Notes under the pieces: model-generated
What the model was told of the DNA's origin: nothing
Seen by the model: the letters and a program-made list of their open reading frames with translations, nothing else
Database searches by the model: none
From: Takakia lepidozioides
Taxonomy: Eukaryota > Plantae > Bryophyta
Assembly (NCBI GenBank): GCA_030704615.1
Contig: CM060734.1
Location: forward strand, 21,700,001 to 21,764,000
Direction: 5' to 3'
Length of the DNA: 64,000 bases
Translations under genes and position numbers: made by a program
Shown here: positions 36,201 through 50,429 of the stretch, piece by piece
Layout of the letters: every line of letters begins with the position of its first letter
How positions within the stretch are numbered: the first letter of the stretch is position 1

Positions 36201-39200
36201 TGTTGATGTACCTTTGTTTGTCACGACTTGTTTTGTTTTTTGACCTTGGAGAGTTGAGATTGTAGGCATGTTTATTTCTATGGTTCCTTTGTAACCAGAA
36301 GTAAAAGCTAACAAAGAAGAAGGAGGTCATTTATGTGATGGGGTCTGGTATGCACTCCCTTACGGGGTGAGTGCATGACACACTCACTCCATAAGGAGTT
36401 GCCATACCAGGGGATGGTTGGTGGGTTCCTCTCTCTCCCCTCCCTCCATGGATCTGGCTGGTTCTTTTAAAACTCGATAGTTTAAGACCAGTGGTATGTT
36501 ACCTAACCCCTAATTAACCTTCTTGGAATTTGGTTAATTTTGGTTATTTACATTACCCGGATTTTTGGTATAAGGTCAGGATCCTAATGGAGCCATCCTA
36601 TTATTTAATTTTTCATCCATAAATGGATGTCATCCTCAGAGGATGACACAGATGAAAAATCGAGAGACAATTTCATCCAACGCGGATGAAATCACGATAG
36701 ATTTCATCCTGCGTGGTAGAGTTCATCCCGTGTTTGATTTCATCCCGAATGGATGAAATCGCGGGAAATCGCGCTTCATCTCTTCTTTGCCCTAACCCTC
36801 TGCACGACGATCGTGCTTAAGGGATGGCTGGAGCTGAGAGATGGTGGCGGGGGGCGCATGGAGCTCGATTCAGGCGCCCTTGAATGCTATGGAGCTGCGC
36901 CATTAAGGCATTTAGGTGTTCTGGCAAGATTCGGTACCTTCTTCCCCTCTTGGGTGCGTAATGGCGGCAGTACCTGCAATTTCCCTGTGGCGGTTGTCTC
37001 TAATGCTTGGCGGGCGATCTACCTGTGTTGTGTTGTTTGTTGTGACCTTCATTGATCATTAAGATACAAGCGGCGGCGATCTTAAGCCTCAGAGAAGTGT
37101 CTGAACTCTTTAAGTTTGGGCGATTCACTTTCTTTGTGCATGCTTTGTACATTTTGTTGTGCATTCTTGTTTGCTGGTCTTGAGAGCTATGCGCAGGCCT
37201 CTCTTCCACAAGCCATCAAGGTATTGGCTTGCATATGCTCTGTTTCCTTTCTGCCCCTGCTTTGTATTTTCCAAAATGGTAAGACATTGGTAGATGTGAA
37301 GAGAATGATTCAGGCATTGTATTCAAGTGCTTTAGGATAAATAATACCAAAGTAACCTGTAGGCCTGATGGGACGAGCAATTCAGATTCTTTGTGTTTCC
37401 TATGGATGATTGCATGGCATGTAAATCTGATTACAGCCTGTTATGGTAATGATTTCCCTACCCAGACATAGAACTTGGTCTTGGGGCATGGAATAAGAGG
37501 TGGGAATATTACTCTACCCTGTCATTGAAATTACACACCAGCCCCAGATCTAAAACATATCATGGGGCAAAAAACATGGTGTCAATAAGTGACTTGATGT
37601 GCAAAATAGGGCAGTTGATTATACCCTGTTGTATAAGCTGCCAAATATCAGTCTGTAACCCTGCTTTGGTGATGTTCTCTATGTAAAAAATGCTCTTATT
37701 TTGTTCTTAAGCCTTCTATGATCATAAATGGCTTTTTTTAAGACAAACAGACATTTTCCAGCCATGAACAGTGATCAATGGATCTTTATTTGGACATGGA
37801 TACTTACTGCTCAGTCACTTTTGTATGTCCAATGATACAAAGAACCCAAAACTATACTAGTTTTTGGGCCAACAATAAATTAGGATGGTTGGTTATGCCT
37901 TGGTATGTAAGCTGACCAAAAAATACAGATTGAATGACATGGCATGTCATGAATGGCACTTTTTAGCATGGTGAACAATGGTTTCCTGCTATGAACAGTG
38001 GTAATCGAGTCTCTAATTTTTCCCACCCCCCCACCCAGACATTTCATTGACTTTGAAGTTTGGGATTTGTCATAAAGCTGACTTGTGAATGAAGAATGGT
38101 TGATAATGCCTTGTTATGAGGCTGATTTGTCGTTAATTTTACAATGACCTTGTCAGGTCTTTGTCCATGTCTCGACAAGACATAAGTATCTTCCCTCTCT
38201 GATTTAGACCAGTGTACTTGGTGGTTCTTGTACACATTATCAACCAATCTCCCTTCTGTTTTCAGTTTTATGTTTGATTTACTAACGCCTTGGTCTGAGC
38301 ATGACAAAAGGTTATCAAATATGTTCCTGATTGAAGTGATGAACCCAAGGCAATGGGAAGGCCAAGCCATGAGATATCAGCCTCCTCTCCCGCCATGACC
38401 ATGGTGTGGAGCAAGTCCTTCATAAGGTACGATTTTCTCCAGCAAAAATATGTTGGTTAATTGGGCATGGAGAATAAGGCATCCTTGAAGGTACCTAAGA
38501 TAAGCATAGAACATCTATAGGGCTTCTGAATGCTGAAATTTTGAGCTAGGCCTTGGTAAGACAGCTTGCTGGAGTGGACGTATACACCTTATACATGATC
38601 CGGTCAATGCACATTACTCTTGTTTGCCGGTCCCCTGTAGCCGATGCCTTATGTCAGATTTAGATACCTTATGATAAGAATGAGTTCCATTTCTTTGGCT
38701 CAAATGTTTCTATATTTCTCCTGGTTATGGCTTTGCTCTTTTTAGCACCATAGAAAAAACCCAATTTTGATATGATGCTGGTAGATGTTTTGTCTGAATA
38801 CCAAGGGGTAAACCCCTGCCAGACTTCATTACCTAAGTCCCAATACCTGCCCCCTTTGGTTTTGTACACATGTTGTACCCAAAACAAGGGGTGGTTAAAC
38901 ACTAAAAGTCTGATATAAGATTCTTTCCTGATTGTTACTTTATGACCTTGGGAATTGAGGGTTCTTTCACTGGCCTCTTCTTCCGGTCACCAAAGCTTAT
39001 ATATAAGCTAAAAGGTAAAACTCTACATTTTGATGTATGTGTTGATGTACCTTCGTTTGTCACAACTTGCCAACTTGGAACATACCAATGGCAGAAAAAT
39101 TCATTACCTAAACCTGTCCCCGTTGGTTTTGTACACATGTGGTACCCAAAAACATGGGCTAGGTAAACACTAAAGGGTTGATAAAAGTTTCTTTCTTGTT

Positions 39201-42200
39201 TGTTGCTTCATGAATTTCGGAGTTAAGGTCCCTTCATTGGCCTCATTTTTCCATTACCAGAGCTTATGTGTAGCTAAAAGGTAAAACTCTACATTCTGAT
39301 GTAAGTGTTGATGTACCTTTGTTTGTCACGACTTGTTTTGTTTTTTGACCTTGGAGAGTTGAGATTGTAGGCATGTTTATTTCTATGGTTCCTTTGTAAC
39401 CAGAAGTAAAAGCTACAAAGAAGAAGGAGGTCATTTATGTGATGGGGTCTGGTATGCACTCCCTTACGGGGTGAGTGCATGACACACTCACTCCATAAGG
39501 AGTTGCCATACCAGGGGATGGTTGGTGGGTTCCCTCTCTCTCCCTCCCTCCATGGATCTGGCTGGTTCTTTTAAAACTCGATAGTTTAAGACCAGTGGTA
39601 TGTTACCTAACCCCTAATTAACCTTCTTGGAATTTGGTTAATTTTGGTTATTTACATTACCCGGATTTTTGGTATAAGGTCAGGATCCTAATGGAGCCAT
39701 CCTATTATTTAATTTTTTCATCCATAAATGGATGTCATCCTCAGAGGATGACACAGATGAAAAATCGAGAGACAATTTCATCCAACGCGGATGAAATCAC
39801 GATAGATTTCATCCTGCGTGGTAGAGTTCATCCCGTGTGTTGGATTTCATCCCGAATGGATGAAATCGCGGGAAATCGCGCTTCATCTCTTCTTTGCCCT
39901 AACCCTCTGCACGACGATCGTGCTTAAGGGATGGCTGGAGCTGAGAGATGGTGGCGGGGGGCGCATGGAGCTCGATTCAGGCGCCCTTGAATGCTATGGA
40001 GCTGCGCCATTAAGGCATTTAGGTGTTCTGGCAAGATTCGGTACCTTCTTCCCCTCTTGGGGTGCGTAATGGCGGCAGTACCTGCAATTTCCCTGTGGCG
40101 GTTGTCTCTAATGCTTGGCGGGCGATCTACCTGTGTTGTGGTTGTTTGTTGTGACCTTCATTGATCATTAAGATACAAGCGGCGATCTTAAGGCCTCAGA
40201 GAAGTGTCTGAACTCTTTAAGTTTGGGCGATTCACTTTCTTTGTGCATGCTTTGTACATTTTGTTGTGCATTCTTGTTTGCTGGTCTTGAGAGCTATGGC
40301 GCAGGCCTCTCTTCCACAAGCCATCAAGGTATTGGCTTGCATATGCTCTGTTTCCTTTCTGCCCCTGCTTTGTATTTTCCAAAATGGTAAGACATTGGTA
40401 GATGTGAAGAGAATGATTCAGGCATTGTATTCAAGTTGCTTTAGGATAAATAATACCAAAGTAACCTGTAGGCCTGATGGGACGAGCAATTCAGATTCTT
40501 TGTGTTTCCTATGGATGATTGCATGGCATGTAAATCTGATTACAGCCTGTTATGGTAATGATTTCCCTACCCCAGACATAGAACTTGGTCTTGGGGCATG
40601 GAATAAGAGGTGGGAATATTACTCTACCCTGTCATTGAAATTACACACCAGCCCCAGATCTAAAACATATCATGGGGCAAAAAACATGGTGTCAATAAGT
40701 GACTTGATGTGCAAAATAGGGCAGTTGATTATACCCTGTTGTATAAGCTGCCAAATATCAGTCTGTAACCCTGCTTTGGTGATGTTCTCTATGTAAAGAA
40801 ATGCTCTTATTTTGTTCTTAAGCCTTCTATGATCATAAATGGCTTTTTTAAGACAAACAGACATTTTCCAGCCATGAACAGTGATCAATGGATCTTTATT
40901 TGGACATGGATACTTACTGCTCAGTCACTTTTGTATGTCCAATGATACAAAGAACCCAAAACTATACTAGTTTTTGGGCCAACAATAAATTAGGATGGTT
41001 GGTTATGCCTTGGTATGTAAGCTGACCAAACAATACAGATTGAATGACATGGCATGTCATGAATGGCACTTTTTAGCATGGTGAACAATGGTTTCCTGCT
41101 ATGAACAGTGGTAATCGAGTCTCTAATTTTTCCCACCCCCCCACCCAGACATTTCATTGACTTTGAAGTTTGGGATTTGTCATAAAGCTGACTTGTGAAT
41201 GAAGAATGGTTGATAATGCCTTGTTATGAGGCTGATTTGTCGTTAATTTTACAATGACCTTGTCAGGTCTTTGTCCATGTCTCGACAAGACATAAGTATC
41301 TTCCCTCTCTGATTTAGACCAGTGTACTTGGTGGTTCTTGTACACATTATCAACCAATCTCCCTTCTGTTTTCAGTTTTATGTTTGATTTACTAACGCCT
41401 TGGTCTGAGCATGACAAAAGGTTATCAAATATGTTCCTGATTGAAGTGATGAACCCAAGGCAATGGGAAGGCCAAGCCATGAGATATCAGCCTCCTCTCC
41501 CGCCATGACCATGGTGTGGAGCAAGTCCTTCATAAGGTACGATTTTCTCCAGCAAAAATATGTTGGTTAATTGGGCATGGAGAATAAGGCATCCTTGAAG
41601 GTACCTAAGATAAGCATAGAACATCTATAGGGCTTCTGAATGCTGAAATTTTGAGCTAGGCCTTGGTAAGACAGCTTGCTGGAGTGGACGTATACACCTT
41701 ATACATGATCCGGTCAATGCACATTACTCTTGTTTGCCGGTCCCCTGTAGCCGATGCCTTATGTCAGATTTAGATACCTTATGATAAGAATGAGTTCCAT
41801 TTCTTTGGCTCAAATGTTTCTATATTTCTCCTGGTTATGGCTTTGCTCTTTTTAGCACCATAGAAAAAACCCAATTTTGATATGATGCTGGTAGATGTTT
41901 TGTCTGAATACCAAGGGGTAAACCCCTGCCAGACTTCATTACCTAAGTCCCAATACCTGCCCCCTTTGGTTTTGTACACATGTTGTACCCAAAACAAGGG
42001 GTGGTTAAACACTAAAAGTCTGATATAAGATTCTTTCCTGATTGTTACTTTATGACCTTGGGAATTGAGGGTTCTTTCACTGGCCTCTTCTTCCGGTCAC
42101 CAAAGCTTATATATAAGCTAAAAGGTAAAACTCTACATTTTGATGTATGTGTTGATGTACCTTCGTTTGTCACAACTTGCCAACTTGGAACATACCAATG

Positions 42201-45200
42201 GCAGAAAAATTCATTACCTAAACCTGTCCCCGTTGGTTTTGTACACATGTGGTACCCAAAAACATGGGCTAGGTAAACACTAAAGGGTTGATAAAAGTTT
42301 CTTTCTTGTTTGTTGCTTCATGAATTTCGGAGTTAAGGTCCCTTCATTGGCCTCATTTTTCCATTACCAGAGCTTATGTGTAGCTAAAAGGTAAAACTCT
42401 ACATTCTGATGTAAGTGTTGATGTACCTTTGTTTGTCACGACTTGTTTTGTTTTTTGACCTTGGAGAGTTGAGATTGTAGGCATGTTTATTTCTATGGTT
42501 CCTTTGTAACCAGAAGTAAAAGCTACAAAGAAGAAGGAGGTCATTTATGTGATGGGGTCTGGTATGCACTCCCTTACGGGGTGAGTGCATGACACACTCA
42601 CTCCATAAGGAGTTGCCATACCAGGGGATGGTTGGTGGGTTCCCTCTCTCTCCCTCCCTCCATGGATCTGGCTGGTTCTTTTAAAACTCGATAGTTTAAG
42701 ACCAGTGGTATGTTACCTAACCCCTAATTAACCTTCTTGGAATTTGGTTAATTTTGGTTATTTACATTACCCGGATTTTTGGTATAAGGTCAGGATCCTA
42801 ATGGAGCCATCCTATTATTTAATTTTTTCATCCATAAATGGATGTCATCCTCAGAGGATGACACAGATGAAAAATCGAGAGACAATTTCATCCAACGCGG
42901 ATGAAATCACGATAGATTTCATCCTGCGTGGTAGAGTTCATCCCGTGTGTTGGATTTCATCCCGAATGGATGAAATCGCGGGAAATCGCGCTTCATCTCT
43001 TCTTTGCCCTAACCCTCTGCACGACGATCGTGCTTAAGGGATGGCTGGAGCTGAGAGATGGTGGCGGGGGGCGCATGGAGCTCGATTCAGGCGCCCTTGA
43101 ATGCTATGGAGCTGCGCCATTAAGGCATTTAGGTGTTCTGGCAAGATTCGGTACCTTCTTCCCCTCTTGGGGTGCGTAATGGCGGCAGTACCTGCAATTT
43201 CCCTGTGGCGGTTGTCTCTAATGCTTGGCGGGCGATCTACCTGTGTTGTGGTTGTTTGTTGTGACCTTCATTGATCATTAAGATACAAGCGGCGATCTTA
43301 AGGCCTCAGAGAAGTGTCTGAACTCTTTAAGTTTGGGCGATTCACTTTCTTTGTGCATGCTTTGTACATTTTGTTGTGCATTCTTGTTTGCTGGTCTTGA
43401 GAGCTATGGCGCAGGCCTCTCTTCCACAAGCCATCAAGGTATTGGCTTGCATATGCTCTGTTTCCTTTCTGCCCCTGCTTTGTATTTTCCAAAATGGTAA
43501 GACATTGGTAGATGTGAAGAGAATGATTCAGGCATTGTATTCAAGTTGCTTTAGGATAAATAATACCAAAGTAACCTGTAGGCCTGATGGGACGAGCAAT
43601 TCAGATTCTTTGTGTTTCCTATGGATGATTGCATGGCATGTAAATCTGATTACAGCCTGTTATGGTAATGATTTCCCTACCCCAGACATAGAACTTGGTC
43701 TTGGGGCATGGAATAAGAGGTGGGAATATTACTCTACCCTGTCATTGAAATTACACACCAGCCCCAGATCTAAAACATATCATGGGGCAAAAAACATGGT
43801 GTCAATAAGTGACTTGATGTGCAAAATAGGGCAGTTGATTATACCCTGTTGTATAAGCTGCCAAATATCAGTCTGTAACCCTGCTTTGGTGATGTTCTCT
43901 ATGTAAAGAAATGCTCTTATTTTGTTCTTAAGCCTTCTATGATCATAAATGGCTTTTTTAAGACAAACAGACATTTTCCAGCCATGAACAGTGATCAATG
44001 GATCTTTATTTGGACATGGATACTTACTGCTCAGTCACTTTTGTATGTCCAATGATACAAAGAACCCAAAACTATACTAGTTTTTGGGCCAACAATAAAT
44101 TAGGATGGTTGGTTATGCCTTGGTATGTAAGCTGACCAAACAATACAGATTGAATGACATGGCATGTCATGAATGGCACTTTTTAGCATGGTGAACAATG
44201 GTTTCCTGCTATGAACAGTGGTAATCGAGTCTCTAATTTTTCCCACCCCCCCACCCAGACATTTCATTGACTTTGAAGTTTGGGATTTGTCATAAAGCTG
44301 ACTTGTGAATGAAGAATGGTTGATAATGCCTTGTTATGAGGCTGATTTGTCGTTAATTTTACAATGACCTTGTCAGGTCTTTGTCCATGTCTCGACAAGA
44401 CATAAGTATCTTCCCTCTCTGATTTAGACCAGTGTACTTGGTGGTTCTTGTACACATTATCAACCAATCTCCCTTCTGTTTTCAGTTTTATGTTTGATTT
44501 ACTAACGCCTTGGTCTGAGCATGACAAAAGGTTATCAAATATGTTCCTGATTGAAGTGATGAACCCAAGGCAATGGGAAGGCCAAGCCATGAGATATCAG
44601 CCTCCTCTCCCGCCATGACCATGGTGTGGAGCAAGTCCTTCATAAGGTACGATTTTCTCCAGCAAAAATATGTTGGTTAATTGGGCATGGAGAATAAGGC
44701 ATCCTTGAAGGTACCTAAGATAAGCATAGAACATCTATAGGGCTTCTGAATGCTGAAATTTTGAGCTAGGCCTTGGTAAGACAGCTTGCTGGAGTGGACG
44801 TATACACCTTATACATGATCCGGTCAATGCACATTACTCTTGTTTGCCGGTCCCCTGTAGCCGATGCCTTATGTCAGATTTAGATACCTTATGATAAGAA
44901 TGAGTTCCATTTCTTTGGCTCAAATGTTTCTATATTTCTCCTGGTTATGGCTTTGCTCTTTTTAGCACCATAGAAAAAACCCAATTTTGATATGATGCTG
45001 GTAGATGTTTTGTCTGAATACCAAGGGGTAAACCCCTGCCAGACTTCATTACCTAAGTCCCAATACCTGCCCCCTTTGGTTTTGTACACATGTTGTACCC
45101 AAAACAAGGGGTGGTTAAACACTAAAAGTCTGATATAAGATTCTTTCCTGATTGTTACTTTATGACCTTGGGAATTGAGGGTTCTTTCACTGGCCTCTTC

Positions 45201-48200
45201 TTCCGGTCACCAAAGCTTATATATAAGCTAAAAGGTAAAACTCTACATTTTGATGTATGTGTTGATGTACCTTCGTTTGTCACAACTTGCCAACTTGGAA
45301 CATACCAATGGCAGAAAAATTCATTACCTAAACCTGTCCCCGTTGGTTTTGTACACATGTGGTACCCAAAAACATGGGCTAGGTAAACACTAAAGGGTTG
45401 ATAAAAGTTTCTTTCTTGTTTGTTGCTTCATGAATTTCGGAGTTAAGGTCCCTTCATTGGCCTCATTTTTCCATTACCAGAGCTTATGTGTAGCTAAAAG
45501 GTAAAACTCTACATTCTGATGTAAGTGTTGATGTACCTTTGTTTGTCACGACTTGTTTTGTTTTTTGACCTTGGAGAGTTGAGATTGTAGGCATGTTTAT
45601 TTCTATGGTTCCTTTGTAACCAGAAGTAAAAGCTACAAAGAAGAAGGAGGTCATTTATGTGATGGGGTCTGGTATGCACTCCCTTACGGGGTGAGTGCAT
45701 GACACACTCACTCCATAAGGAGTTGCCATACCAGGGGATGGTTGGTGGGTTCCCTCTCTCTCCCTCCCTCCATGGATCTGGCTGGTTCTTTTAAAACTCG
45801 ATAGTTTAAGACCAGTGGTATGTTACCTAACCCCTAATTAACCTTCTTGGAATTTGGTTAATTTTGGTTATTTACATTACCCGGATTTTTGGTATAAGGT
45901 CAGGATCCTAATGGAGCCATCCTATTATTTAATTTTTTCATCCATAAATGGATGTCATCCTCAGAGGATGACACAGATGAAAAATCGAGAGACAATTTCA
46001 TCCAACGCGGATGAAATCACGATAGATTTCATCCTGCGTGGTAGAGTTCATCCCGTGTGTTGGATTTCATCCCGAATGGATGAAATCGCGGGAAATCGCG
46101 CTTCATCTCTTCTTTGCCCTAACCCTCTGCACGACGATCGTGCTTAAGGGATGGCTGGAGCTGAGAGATGGTGGCGGGGGGCGCATGGAGCTCGATTCAG
46201 GCGCCCTTGAATGCTATGGAGCTGCGCCATTAAGGCATTTAGGTGTTCTGGCAAGATTCGGTACCTTCTTCCCCTCTTGGGGTGCGTAATGGCGGCAGTA
46301 CCTGCAATTTCCCTGTGGCGGTTGTCTCTAATGCTTGGCGGGCGATCTACCTGTGTTGTGGTTGTTTGTTGTGACCTTCATTGATCATTAAGATACAAGC
46401 GGCGATCTTAAGGCCTCAGAGAAGTGTCTGAACTCTTTAAGTTTGGGCGATTCACTTTCTTTGTGCATGCTTTGTACATTTTGTTGTGCATTCTTGTTTG
46501 CTGGTCTTGAGAGCTATGGCGCAGGCCTCTCTTCCACAAGCCATCAAGGTATTGGCTTGCATATGCTCTGTTTCCTTTCTGCCCCTGCTTTGTATTTTCC
46601 AAAATGGTAAGACATTGGTAGATGTGAAGAGAATGATTCAGGCATTGTATTCAAGTTGCTTTAGGATAAATAATACCAAAGTAACCTGTAGGCCTGATGG
46701 GACGAGCAATTCAGATTCTTTGTGTTTCCTATGGATGATTGCATGGCATGTAAATCTGATTACAGCCTGTTATGGTAATGATTTCCCTACCCCAGACATA
46801 GAACTTGGTCTTGGGGCATGGAATAAGAGGTGGGAATATTACTCTACCCTGTCATTGAAATTACACACCAGCCCCAGATCTAAAACATATCATGGGGCAA
46901 AAAACATGGTGTCAATAAGTGACTTGATGTGCAAAATAGGGCAGTTGATTATACCCTGTTGTATAAGCTGCCAAATATCAGTCTGTAACCCTGCTTTGGT
47001 GATGTTCTCTATGTAAAGAAATGCTCTTATTTTGTTCTTAAGCCTTCTATGATCATAAATGGCTTTTTTAAGACAAACAGACATTTTCCAGCCATGAACA
47101 GTGATCAATGGATCTTTATTTGGACATGGATACTTACTGCTCAGTCACTTTTGTATGTCCAATGATACAAAGAACCCAAAACTATACTAGTTTTTGGGCC
47201 AACAATAAATTAGGATGGTTGGTTATGCCTTGGTATGTAAGCTGACCAAACAATACAGATTGAATGACATGGCATGTCATGAATGGCACTTTTTAGCATG
47301 GTGAACAATGGTTTCCTGCTATGAACAGTGGTAATCGAGTCTCTAATTTTTCCCACCCCCCCACCCAGACATTTCATTGACTTTGAAGTTTGGGATTTGT
47401 CATAAAGCTGACTTGTGAATGAAGAATGGTTGATAATGCCTTGTTATGAGGCTGATTTGTCGTTAATTTTACAATGACCTTGTCAGGTCTTTGTCCATGT
47501 CTCGACAAGACATAAGTATCTTCCCTCTCTGATTTAGACCAGTGTACTTGGTGGTTCTTGTACACATTATCAACCAATCTCCCTTCTGTTTTCAGTTTTA
47601 TGTTTGATTTACTAACGCCTTGGTCTGAGCATGACAAAAGGTTATCAAATATGTTCCTGATTGAAGTGATGAACCCAAGGCAATGGGAAGGCCAAGCCAT
47701 GAGATATCAGCCTCCTCTCCCGCCATGACCATGGTGTGGAGCAAGTCCTTCATAAGGTACGATTTTCTCCAGCAAAAATATGTTGGTTAATTGGGCATGG
47801 AGAATAAGGCATCCTTGAAGGTACCTAAGATAAGCATAGAACATCTATAGGGCTTCTGAATGCTGAAATTTTGAGCTAGGCCTTGGTAAGACAGCTTGCT
47901 GGAGTGGACGTATACACCTTATACATGATCCGGTCAATGCACATTACTCTTGTTTGCCGGTCCCCTGTAGCCGATGCCTTATGTCAGATTTAGATACCTT
48001 ATGATAAGAATGAGTTCCATTTCTTTGGCTCAAATGTTTCTATATTTCTCCTGGTTATGGCTTTGCTCTTTTTAGCACCATAGAAAAAACCCAATTTTGA
48101 TATGATGCTGGTAGATGTTTTGTCTGAATACCAAGGTTAAACCCCTGCCAGACCCAAGCTCTCTACCCACTACCTGCCCCCTTTGGTTTTAAACACATGT

Positions 48201-50250
48201 TTGTCCCTCCGTCCAGAGAGAGTCTGCCTTAGCCCTAACCCTCCCCCCTCTTCGTGCTCCATCCCTTCTCTGAATTGTTACTTTTGGACCGAGCTTTGAG
48301 TGTTCTGTGGACTCCGTTCTTCCTCCCAAAGCATTATATAGAGCTAAAGGTATTTCTTTACTGGAGCTATGTTGGGTGGCGACCTTTGTTTTATCGACTT
48401 GCCATGTCCAATGGTGAGATTAAATTCATTCCTAAACCTGTCCCCGTTGGTTGGTTTGGTACCCATATGATAAATATCGAAAAACATGGGCTAGGTAAAC
48501 AGTTAAAGGGTTGATAAAAGTTCCTTTCTCTTTTTTTCATGACTTTTCCTTTTAAGGTCTCCTCATTGGCCTCATTTCCCTTCCAGAGCTTATGTGTCGT
48601 CGTGAAAAGGTATAACTCTCTATGTTTCTGATGTAAGTGTATGATGTTTTTTTCTTGTCACGACTTGTTTTTTTTTTTGACCCTGGCCTAGTGTGAGGGT
48701 ATTGGATTCTAGCATGTGTCTTCTATGGTCCCCTGTTGTAACCAGAAGTAAAAGGCTTACAAGAAGAAGGAGGTCATTTATGTGATTATTGGGGTACTGC
48801 ACTCCCTACAGGGGGTAGCAGCTTGACCGACTGGTAAGGCATGACACCCCCCACTCACTCCATAAGGAGTTGCCATACGCCGGGATGGTTGGTGGGTTCC
48901 TCTCTCTCCTCCCTCCATGGATCTGGCTGGTTCTTTTAAAATCGATAGTTAAAGACCAGTGGTATGTTACCTAACCCCTAATTAACCTTCTTGGAATAAT
49001 TGGTTAATTTTGGTTATTTACATTACCCGGATTTTGGGTATAAGGTTCAGGATCCTAATGGAGCCATCCTATTATTTAATTTTTCATCCATAAAGGATGT
49101 CATCCTCCTCATGCAGGGATGACACAGATGAAAAATCGAGAGACAAGTTCAAACCAACGCGGATGAAATCACACGATAGTAGATTTCATCCTGGTGGTTA
49201 GAGTTCATCCCGTGTGTTTGGATTCATCCCGAATGGATGAAATCGCGGGAAATCGCGCTTCATCTCTTCTTTGCCCTAAACCTCTGCACGACGATCGTGC
49301 TTAAGGGATGGCTGGAGCTGAGAGATGGTGGACGGGCGGGCATGGAGCTCGATTCAGGCGCCCTTGAATGTTGAGCGCGCGCCACATTAGGCATTGTAGT
49401 GTTCCTTTAGGTGTTCTGGCAAGATATAGGTACCTTCTTTCCCCTCTTGGGGTGCGTAATGGCGCGGCAGTACCTGCAATTTTCCCTGTGGCGGTTGTCT
49501 CTAATGCTTGGCGGGCGGTATCTACCTGTGTTGTGGTTGTTTGTTGTGACCTTCATTGATCATTAGATACAAGCGGCGATCTTAAGGCCTCAGAGAGTGT
49601 CTGAAATCTTTAAGTTTGGGCGATTCACTTTCTTTGTGCATGCTTTGTACATTTTGTTGTGCATTCTTGTTTGCTGGTCTTGAGAGCTATGGCGCAGGCC
49701 CTCTCTTCCACAAGCCATCAAGGTATTGGCTTGCATATGCTTCTGTTTCCTTTCTGCCCCTGCTTGTATTTTCCAAAATGGTAAGACATTGGTAGATGTG
49801 AAGAGAATGATTCAGGCATTGTATTCAAGTTGCTTTAGGATAAATAATACCAAAGTAACCTGTAGGCCTGATGGGACGAGCAATTCAGATTCTTTGTGTT
49901 TCCTATGGATGATTGCATGGCATGTAAATCTGATTACAGCCTGTTATGGTAATGATTTCCCTACCCCAGACATAGAACTTGGTCTTGGGGCATGGAATAA
50001 GAGGTGGGAATATTACTCTACCCTGTCATTGAAATTACACAGGTAAACATTCAAGGGCATATAACCAAGGACCAGATTTGGCCTCAAAAGATCCATCCAT
50101 ATCAGTTTGCCAGCCCCAGATCTAAAACAGATCGTGGGGCAAAAAACATGGTGTCAATAAGTGACTTGATGTGCAAAATAGGGCAGCTGATTATACCCTG
50201 TTGTATAAGCTGCCAAATATCAGTCTATAACCCTGCTTTGGTGATGTTCA
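30225..50250 (+). repeat. Tandem array of ~3110-bp units (~6.4 copies)
   Basis: The ORF track repeats with an exact 3110-bp period (38044/41154/44264/47374). Unit starts at ~30225, 33328, 36429, 39534, 42644, 45754 and 48899. Unit 2 is rearranged. Confidence 0.97.
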
Positions 50251-50429
50251 CCGCCATCGCCTTTAAGAGCTCGCCCAGGCGTCGCGCACAGGAGCCATAA
50301 ACACTCAACGATTGGCAGCTCAAGGTATCTGCAGCACGAGCACCATCGCTCCTCACAAGCCGCCATCGTGCGCGCTCTCGCAGCGCAAAAAGAAAGACAT
50401 TAGGGTTGCGCAGGGTTTTCCCCTGCCTG

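Noticed and set aside
30382-47700. Repeated short ORFs in the array as genes
   Set aside because: No recognisable domains. Their recurrence simply reflects the tandem duplication.
50043-50113. Precise intron loss in the array units (GTAAAC..CCAG)
   Set aside because: Splicing would give ACACAGCCCC, but the units read ACACACCAGCCCC, so this is an imprecise 68-bp deletion.
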